Source of the DNA: Flavobacteriaceae bacterium
Lineage (GTDB): Bacteria > Bacteroidota > Bacteroidia > Flavobacteriales > Flavobacteriaceae
Assembly: GCA_041392205.1 (NCBI GenBank)
Contig: JAWKMO010000002.1
Coordinates: 273,641 to 337,640 of the forward strand
Direction of reading: 5' to 3'
Length of the DNA stretch: 64,000 nucleotides
This document shows, one piece after another, positions 58,086-64,000 of this stretch. How positions within the stretch are numbered: the first letter of the stretch is position 1; every line of letters starts with the position of its first letter. The position numbers and the translations under genes were made by a program. Below the pieces are notes generated by a model. The model saw only the letters and a list, made by a program, of their open reading frames with translations. It was not told the DNA's origin and did not search any database.

Positions 58086-58472
58086 TTATTGAAATGCGGC
58101 GTCCTTGGGTTCCCAAAGTTCAATTTTATTTCCGTCGTTATCCATAATCCATCCAAATTTTCCGTAGTCGTATTCTTCTATTTCTCCTACAATGGTGACC
58201 CCTTCTTCTTTTAAAACTTTGAGAAGTTCGACTAAATTTTCTACTCGGTAATTAAACATAAATTCTTTTTTGGAAGGCGCATAATAGTTGGTGTCTTTTG
58301 CAAATGGACTCCATTGAGTAGTGCAATCGTTACCTTCTTTATCTTTCCACCAAAAGGTACAACCCCAATCGTCTGTTGGGAAACCTAAATGTTTTTGATA
58401 CCATTCTTTGGTAGCTTTTGGGTCTTCAGTCTTAAAAAATATACCGCCTATTCCTGTCACTCTTTTTTTCAT
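58086..58472 (-). CDS. VOC (glyoxalase/bleomycin-resistance) family protein
   Basis: 128 aa; VOC fold pattern …GIGGIFFKTEDPKATKEWY…GNKIELWEP. Confidence 0.65.
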   Translation of the reverse strand: MKKRVTGIGGIFFKTEDPKATKEWYQKHLGFPTDDWGCTFWWKDKEGNDCTTQWSPFAKDTNYYAPSKKEFMFNYRVENLVELLKVLKEEGVTIVGEIEEYDYGKFGWIMDNDGNKIELWEPKDAAFQ

Positions 58473-58476
58473 TTGA

Positions 58477-58932
58477 TTATTTTTTTAAGGTCAATTCATA
58501 TAATGAAATCCATTCTTTAACACTCATTTTTGAGGCTAATTCTCCAATAAGTTCATGCGGGATTTCCTCCATTTTTTTAAATCGAAGGCAACTTTTTCCC
58601 ATATCCAGTTTTGTTTTGCTATGTTTGGGATATTCTGAAACAAACCAATCTAACAGCTCTTTTTTGGCATATACACTAGAACTATAAACGGCAATAAAAT
58701 TCTTTTGGGAGGCAAGGCTCATAAAAGGGAGCGGTATTTTAGGGTCACAGTGATATCCCTTAGGGTAGAGAGAATGAGGTACTACATAGCCTATCATTCC
58801 ATATTGAATACACTCTTCAAACCCATTTGGGAGATTTTGCTTAATTACGTTTCTTAGTTTTTCTATGGGGGCTCTTCGTTCTTCTGGAATTTGAGCTATA
58901 TATTCTTCGGGAGTCGTTACTTGGTATTGCAT
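58477..58932 (-). CDS. DUF1801 (YdhG-like) domain protein
   Basis: 151 aa; …FEECIQYGMIGYVVPHSLYPKGYH… typical DUF1801. Confidence 0.55.
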   Translation of the reverse strand: MQYQVTTPEEYIAQIPEERRAPIEKLRNVIKQNLPNGFEECIQYGMIGYVVPHSLYPKGYHCDPKIPLPFMSLASQKNFIAVYSSSVYAKKELLDWFVSEYPKHSKTKLDMGKSCLRFKKMEEIPHELIGELASKMSVKEWISLYELTLKK

Positions 58933-58936
58933 GCGA

Positions 58937-59890
58937 TTACTTTTTATACTTTTTCTTTTTGAATTTATCGAGTATTTTCTCTACAATGGTCTGCGCCAAT
59001 TTTTCGTTACTTTCAACGGTCCAACCGGCAATATGTGGTGAAAGAATTACATTATCCATTTGTATAAGTTCTTTTAAAGCTTCTGGTATTTCTGCAGTAA
59101 ATAGCGATTCAAACGAACCTTTTTCATATTCCAAAACATCTAGTCCAGCGCCTACTATTTTCTTGCTTTTTAAAGCCGAAACTAAATCTTCTGTAACAAC
59201 ACTTTTACCCCGAGCGGTATTTAAAAACCAAAACGGCTTTTTAAATTTTGATATAAATTCGGCATTTACCATTTTGTCGGTTTTTGGGGTCCATGGGGTA
59301 TGAAGACTCAAGACATCTGCCAAGTCAAAAAGTGTTTGAAGACTTACTTGCGTAGCATTTTTATTACCTACATCTTCTTTAATATCATAGCATAACACGG
59401 TACAATTGAAACCTTTCAGTTTTTTTGCAAACGCTTTCCCCATGTTCCCGTAACCAACAATCCCAACCGTTTTTCCATCTAATTCTACCCCACGGTTGCT
59501 TTCTCTGTTCCAAAGTCCCGATTTTACCTCACGGTCGGCTCTTTTAAGATTATTAAATAAGGAAAGTAACATTCCTAATGTATGTTCCCCAACGGCATTT
59601 CTGTTTCCTTCTGGAGCGGCAATCAATTTTACTTTCTTTTTTTTGGCATACGGGATGTCAATACTATCCAGTCCTGCTCCTACACGAGCAATGAATTTTA
59701 AATTTTTAGCGGCATCGAGAAAGGGTTGATCTATTTTAAATCGGCTACGAATAACCACTCCATCATACTTATCAATCAATTTTTCTATTTCCTCTTTGGA
59801 AGAAGTATAGTCTTCATCATTTTGAAAACCCGCTTCCTTAAGTTGCTCTAGGAGTAATGGATGATTGGTATCGAGATGAAGAATTTTCAT
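58937..59890 (-). CDS. D-isomer-specific 2-hydroxyacid dehydrogenase (phosphoglycerate dehydrogenase-like), NAD-binding
   Basis: 317 aa; GIVGYGNMGKAFAKK Rossmann motif; catalytic …LSPHIAGWT…. Confidence 0.8.
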   Translation of the reverse strand: MKILHLDTNHPLLLEQLKEAGFQNDEDYTSSKEEIEKLIDKYDGVVIRSRFKIDQPFLDAAKNLKFIARVGAGLDSIDIPYAKKKKVKLIAAPEGNRNAVGEHTLGMLLSLFNNLKRADREVKSGLWNRESNRGVELDGKTVGIVGYGNMGKAFAKKLKGFNCTVLCYDIKEDVGNKNATQVSLQTLFDLADVLSLHTPWTPKTDKMVNAEFISKFKKPFWFLNTARGKSVVTEDLVSALKSKKIVGAGLDVLEYEKGSFESLFTAEIPEALKELIQMDNVILSPHIAGWTVESNEKLAQTIVEKILDKFKKKKYKK

Positions 59891-59892
59891 GA

Positions 59893-60258
59893 TTAGATTT
59901 TGGGATAGGTTGTTTTTGTTTTTTCTGAAATAATAGTACCAGTATGTTTGGTCGTTTTTTTTTCAAACAAAAGCACATGTACTTCCTCTCCATTATATGT
60001 TTTTGGGCAATGTTCTACTCCTTTTGGAACTACAATAATTTCGCCTTCTTTTACCATTTCAACGCTATCCCGAAAATGCATTACTAAGGTTCCTTTTTGA
60101 ACAAAAAAAAGCTCATCTTCTTCCTCATGTTTGTGCCACACAAAATCCCCTTCAATCTTTGCCAATAAAACTTGCATGTCATCTACCAAAGCAATTTGAT
60201 GGGGAGACCAATGTGCTGAAAATTTTCTGAATTTTTGTGAAACATTAATTGACTTCAT
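59893..60258 (-). CDS. Cupin domain protein
   Basis: 121 aa; …DFVWHKHEEEDELFFVQKGTLVM…VVPKGVEHCP… cupin motifs. Confidence 0.65.
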   Translation of the reverse strand: MKSINVSQKFRKFSAHWSPHQIALVDDMQVLLAKIEGDFVWHKHEEEDELFFVQKGTLVMHFRDSVEMVKEGEIIVVPKGVEHCPKTYNGEEVHVLLFEKKTTKHTGTIISEKTKTTYPKI

Positions 60259-60321
60259 ACTAGAAAATTATGGAAACAAATTACAAATTTTCAAGCTAAT
60301 TAATACTACTAAAACCGATGT

Positions 60322-61671
60322 TTAAAACCCTAAAATTAGTTTAGACAAATAAAAGAAAAGAAAAATACCAAAAATATCGTTACTCGTAGTAATAAAAGGA
60401 CCTGTGGCTATGGCTGGATCAATCCCTCTTTTATGGAGAATAATAGGGACAAAAGTTCCCACCAGCGCAGCGACAATAATTACGGAAAGCATGGAAATGG
60501 CTATGGTAAAACTCACTCTTTGATCAAGCCCAGCAATAACACCAAATAAAATCACCAATAGGGCCAATGCTAAGCCATTAATTAAGGCAAGCCCCACTTC
60601 TTTTACAAGCCGCTTAAAAAGACTCCCTTTTACATTGTCATTAGCAAGCCCTTGTACAATAATGGCACTGGATTGTACACCCACATTACCTGCCATGGCG
60701 GCAATTAATGGAGTGAAAAAGAAAAGTTCCACGTAGTTACTTATGGCTTCGTCAAAACCTTTCATAATATACACACTTCCAAGACCTCCAAAAAGCCCAA
60801 GCACCAACCAAGGCAATCGTGCTCGTGTAAGTAACCATACACTATCATCGGCTTCAACATCACTGGAAATACCCGCTGCCAATTGGTAATCCTTTTCAGC
60901 CTCATCTTTTATGAAATCTACAATATCATCAATGGTGACACGCCCCACTAAAATTCCTTCATCGTCCACAACGGGAATGGCTTCCAAATCGTATCGCTGC
61001 ATAATGCGGGCTACTTCTTCGCCCTCGGTATGTACGGTAACAAAATCTACTTTGGGAATGTACACATCGCTTATTCGCGCTTTTTCGGGAGCGGTTAAAA
61101 GATCTTTAAGAGAAAGCCTTCCTTTTAGTCGGCCTTCTTTATCTACCACATAAATAGAATGTACACGGGTTACATTTTCCGCTTGGCGTCGCATTTCCCT
61201 TACACAGCCGGCTGTGGTCCAGGTTTCTTTTACTTTAACCAACTCTTTGGCCATTAATCCGCCAGCGGTATCTTCATCATATTTAAGGAGCTCCACAATG
61301 TCTGCGGCATGTTCTTCGTCTTCAATTTTGGAAATTACTTTTTTCTGAATATCCTCATCAAGTTCCGAAATAACATCGGCGGCATCATCGGTATCCATTT
61401 CGGCAAGCTCATTGGCAATTTCTTTGGGAGATAAACGGGCAAGAATTTTTTCCCTTACATCTTCGTCTAGCTCCATTAGGGCTTCCGAAGTGATATCACT
61501 CTCTAATAACTTAATAATAAATGTGGCATCGTCGCTATCTAGCTCTTCAAGAATTTCGGCGACATCTGCAAAGTGAAAATCGCCTAATAGCTCCTTTAGG
61601 ATATGGTTGTCCTTTTGCGCAATAAGATGCTCAATTTGTTCAAGAAATTCGGGAGTGAGTTGAAATGCCAT
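60322..61671 (-). CDS. mgtE: Magnesium transporter MgtE
   Basis: 449 aa; N-domain, tandem CBS domains, 5-TM C-terminal MgtE channel domain. Confidence 0.88.
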   Translation of the reverse strand: MAFQLTPEFLEQIEHLIAQKDNHILKELLGDFHFADVAEILEELDSDDATFIIKLLESDITSEALMELDEDVREKILARLSPKEIANELAEMDTDDAADVISELDEDIQKKVISKIEDEEHAADIVELLKYDEDTAGGLMAKELVKVKETWTTAGCVREMRRQAENVTRVHSIYVVDKEGRLKGRLSLKDLLTAPEKARISDVYIPKVDFVTVHTEGEEVARIMQRYDLEAIPVVDDEGILVGRVTIDDIVDFIKDEAEKDYQLAAGISSDVEADDSVWLLTRARLPWLVLGLFGGLGSVYIMKGFDEAISNYVELFFFTPLIAAMAGNVGVQSSAIIVQGLANDNVKGSLFKRLVKEVGLALINGLALALLVILFGVIAGLDQRVSFTIAISMLSVIIVAALVGTFVPIILHKRGIDPAIATGPFITTSNDIFGIFLFFYLSKLILGF

Positions 61672-62446
61672 CGCTTTCCATTTTTTGGGTGAGCGTTATA
61701 AAATCCTGTACCGAAAGTTGTTCAGGTCTAAGCGCAAAGATAGCATCTTCTTTTAGTTTTTCGGAAAGGAGAAGTGTTTTTAAACTGTTGCGAAGTGTTT
61801 TTCTACGTTGCTGAAATGCCGTTTTTACAACTTTAAAGAAAAAAGCTTCGTTGCAGGGGAGTTCATATCCTTCTTTTCGGGTTAACCGAAGGACCCCACT
61901 ATCTACTTTAGGGGGCGGAATAAAAACACCCGGTTTTACGGTAAAAAGATATTCGGCTTCATAGAAAGCTTGTACCAATACCGAAAGGATGCCGTAGGTT
62001 TTACTTCCCTTTTTTTCACAAATACGTTGGGCGACTTCTTTTTGAAACATGCCAGTAAATTCGGGAATACGATGCCGCCATTCCAGCATTTTAAAGACAA
62101 TTTGAGACGAAATATTATAAGGGAAGTTTCCCGTAATGGCAAATTGCGAATCTTTAAAAAGGGTAGAAATATCGAATTTTAAAAAATCGGCTTCAAGGAT
62201 AGTAAGATTAGGTTGCAAAAAATATTCTTTTAAATACGCAATGGATTCGGGGTCTAAATCCATCGCAATTACTTCTATAGGTTTTGTAATTAAATACTTA
62301 GTTAAGACACCCATTCCTGGGCCAATTTCAAGTACATCTTTGTAATTTTTTAGAGTAAGCGTATGTCCAATTTTTTCAGCAATATTTTCATCGTGAAGAA
62401 AATGTTGCCCTAGGTGTTTTTTAGCACGTACGGGTCTTTGCATCAA
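61640..62446 (-). CDS. rsmA: 16S rRNA (adenine1518/1519-N6)-dimethyltransferase
   Basis: 268 aa; GQHFLHD…, SAM motif [11 protein letters not shown], …[11 protein letters not shown]. Confidence 0.88.
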   Translation of the reverse strand: MMQRPVRAKKHLGQHFLHDENIAEKIGHTLTLKNYKDVLEIGPGMGVLTKYLITKPIEVIAMDLDPESIAYLKEYFLQPNLTILEADFLKFDISTLFKDSQFAITGNFPYNISSQIVFKMLEWRHRIPEFTGMFQKEVAQRICEKKGSKTYGILSVLVQAFYEAEYLFTVKPGVFIPPPKVDSGVLRLTRKEGYELPCNEAFFFKVVKTAFQQRRKTLRNSLKTLLLSEKLKEDAIFALRPEQLSVQDFITLTQKMESDGISTHSRIS

Positions 62447-62681
62447 CTAATCTTAAATTTAAATAAGTAAAGTAAATATACATTGATTATTCTTAAAAAT
62501 TACGGAAATAGAATTTTTGAAGGATACCATTGTGTATGTAAACGTTAGGGAAAATTTAATATAAGCTGTTATATTTTAAAAAACTAGAAAGAGTACAATT
62601 GAAAACACCTACTATTTACTGAATAATAAACATTTAAATATTCCAGTATATTTTTCAATTGTATGCCCTAAACCTACCGTT

Positions 62682-63197
62682 ATGAAAAAATCTTTAAAAT
62701 GCACACTACTTTTCGTGCCTCTTACAATTATTATGATGTCTTGTTCTATAGATACAAGTTTAAATGAAATGAAAGAGGATTATCATCCTTCAATTGACCT
62801 AAGTCTTTCACAACAAACTGATTGGCCCATGGCAATAGAAATTTTAAATCTCATAAATAATTATAGACTATCCATAGGGTTATCTAAAATTAAAGTGGAT
62901 TATCAACTTGCATCAGCTTATGCCGTTTCCCACACTAAATATATGATTGAAAAAAATGAATTAAATCATGACAATTTTCAAATTCGTTCCAAAGGGATGA
63001 TAAATTCAGGAGCATTATTAGTTTCAGAGAATGTAGCATTTGGCTATAATAATCCCGAAAGTGTTGTGAATGCTTGGATTAATAGTCCTTCTCACAAGAG
63101 TGTGATTGAAGGAAATTATACCCATTCGGGATTTGGTATTTTAAAAGATACAAATGGGAAGTATTATTTTACGCAACTTTTTTATAAAATGGAGTAA
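62682..63197 (+). CDS. CAP (SCP/PR-1-like) domain lipoprotein
   Basis: 171 aa; signal+Cys (IIMMSCS); …ENVAFGYNNPESVVNAWINSPSHKS… CAP motifs. Confidence 0.7.
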   Translation: MKKSLKCTLLFVPLTIIMMSCSIDTSLNEMKEDYHPSIDLSLSQQTDWPMAIEILNLINNYRLSIGLSKIKVDYQLASAYAVSHTKYMIEKNELNHDNFQIRSKGMINSGALLVSENVAFGYNNPESVVNAWINSPSHKSVIEGNYTHSGFGILKDTNGKYYFTQLFYKME

Positions 63198-63506
63198 TTA
63201 TTGTTCGCTTATAACCTCCAATTCGGTTCTAAAAGCAATATATTTTCCTTCAAAAGGGTTGCTTTGCGCCCGAAGGGTTTGGGCATCTTCTTCATAATAT
63301 TTTTGAAGGGTTTCTTTGCTATCGGTACGGTATTGAATGGAATACGTAATACCCCCCGTTTCCTCTTCAACTTGCACCCGTGTCATCAACGCTTTATAAA
63401 ACTTTCCCGTAGCTAACATCGCAGGGATGTGCTCTTTTTTCATCCAGCTTAGCCACTTGTCATGAACACTTTCTTCAATATTTATGGTGACATTGTATAT
63501 ATACAT
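63198..63506 (-). CDS. DUF4286 family protein
   Basis: 102 aa; MYIYNVTINIEESVHDKWLSWMKKEHIPAML matches DUF4286 N-terminus. Confidence 0.55.
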   Translation of the reverse strand: MYIYNVTINIEESVHDKWLSWMKKEHIPAMLATGKFYKALMTRVQVEEETGGITYSIQYRTDSKETLQKYYEEDAQTLRAQSNPFEGKYIAFRTELEVISEQ

Positions 63507-63549
63507 TATAGTAAAATATTAAATTTCAGCAACCCACACCCAGCGCTCC

Positions 63550-64000
63550 TTAATTTAGTTCATCCCCTCTTAGCATTCGAAAGCGTTTTCTGGCTTCTAC
63601 AAAATAAATACTGTCTTGATAATTAAAAATAATTTGCTCGTAGAGTTGTTTTGCTTTTTCGGGTTGATCTAGCAGGGTTTCGTAAAGTTTTGCCAATTTA
63701 AAATGGGCGTCGTCTGCGAGAATATCTTCCTTGTAAAGCTCAATTAATTTTGCATATTGAGTTTCGGCATTTTCAAACTGATTTAATTTTTCATACACCA
63801 TCCCCATTTTTAGCAAGGCTTCGTCTTCAATTTTTTCGCCTTTGTGATGGGTTAAAATTTCCTTTAAGATTTCTATGGATTCTAAATCTTTATTCTGAAA
63901 ACTGCGTAAATCGGCAGTGGCAAATTTCTTTAAGGCAGTTTGTGTGGAATCTTCCAAGGAGTTTTCCCGAATCATTAAACTAAGCTGCATGGCATCATTG
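63550..64000 (-). CDS. TPR-repeat protein, C-terminal portion (gene probably extends beyond window end)
   Basis: TPR-like helical repeats (…ALLKMGMVYEKLNQFENAETQYAKLIELY…); ORF reaches window edge region. Confidence 0.4.
   Translation of the reverse strand, partial: NDAMQLSLMIRENSLEDSTQTALKKFATADLRSFQNKDLESIEILKEILTHHKGEKIEDEALLKMGMVYEKLNQFENAETQYAKLIELYKEDILADDAHFKLAKLYETLLDQPEKAKQLYEQIIFNYQDSIYFVEARKRFRMLRGDELN

Noticed and set aside
58086-58472. VOC protein as ArsI (C-As lyase)
   Set aside because: Lacks the vicinal Cys pair typical of ArsI, and is not part of the ars operon (separated by the TM2-domain gene).
61640-61671. 32-bp overlap between rsmA 3' end and mgtE 5' end
   Set aside because: Could indicate a wrong mgtE start, but no alternative in-frame Met exists nearby and small same-strand overlaps are common. 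Kept as is.
1-64000. CRISPR array or tandem-repeat scan
   Set aside because: No regularly spaced direct repeats found. The only recurring motifs are the two REP-like palindromes and the two 30-nt promoter-like blocks.

Overview
This window looks like a Flavobacteriia (Bacteroidota) chromosomal segment. It is AT-rich, shows Bacteroidetes-type -7 promoter boxes (TAnnTTTG), carries three proteins with T9SS C-terminal sorting domains and a PorZ-like protein, and is densely packed with housekeeping genes (gdhA, acs, metG, mfd, recO, fbp, lysC, rsmA, mgtE, ssb). No transposase, integrase or CRISPR array is visible.

Regions that stand out:
- 1-8466: a divergently organised locus of Gfo/Idh/MocA and GMC oxidoreductases, xylose-isomerase-like TIM-barrel proteins, a DUF1080 lipoprotein and an NHS-family transporter. 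This looks like an oxidative 3-keto-glycoside glycan-breakdown cluster, with a perfect 16-bp palindromic operator candidate between its two halves.
- 29100-31070: an unusual non-coding region downstream of a tail-less ssb. It holds two tandem sRNA- or leader-like units with a shared 30-nt block and strong intrinsic terminators, then an array of AT-rich, non-host-like tRNAs (Asp, Lys, Phe) interleaved with tRNA fragments. The fragments include a duplicated tRNA-Asp 3' end and a 3'-half/5'-half pair arranged in permuted order.
- 32669-34170: a U32-family (TrhP/RlhA-like) gene translationally coupled to a small ferredoxin.
- 37759-40859: a DUF1800/DUF1501 pair in which the DUF1501 protein carries both a twin-arginine motif and a T9SS sorting domain.
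- 55077-57521: a pump-less ars-like operon, arsR - Cys-rich DUF6428-like protein - ArsN::ArsC fusion - DUF1304::cupin fusion.
- 51702-53513: an OlsF-like bifunctional aminolipid synthase candidate.

All calls rest on reading the translated ORFs and sequence motifs by eye. No database search was possible.
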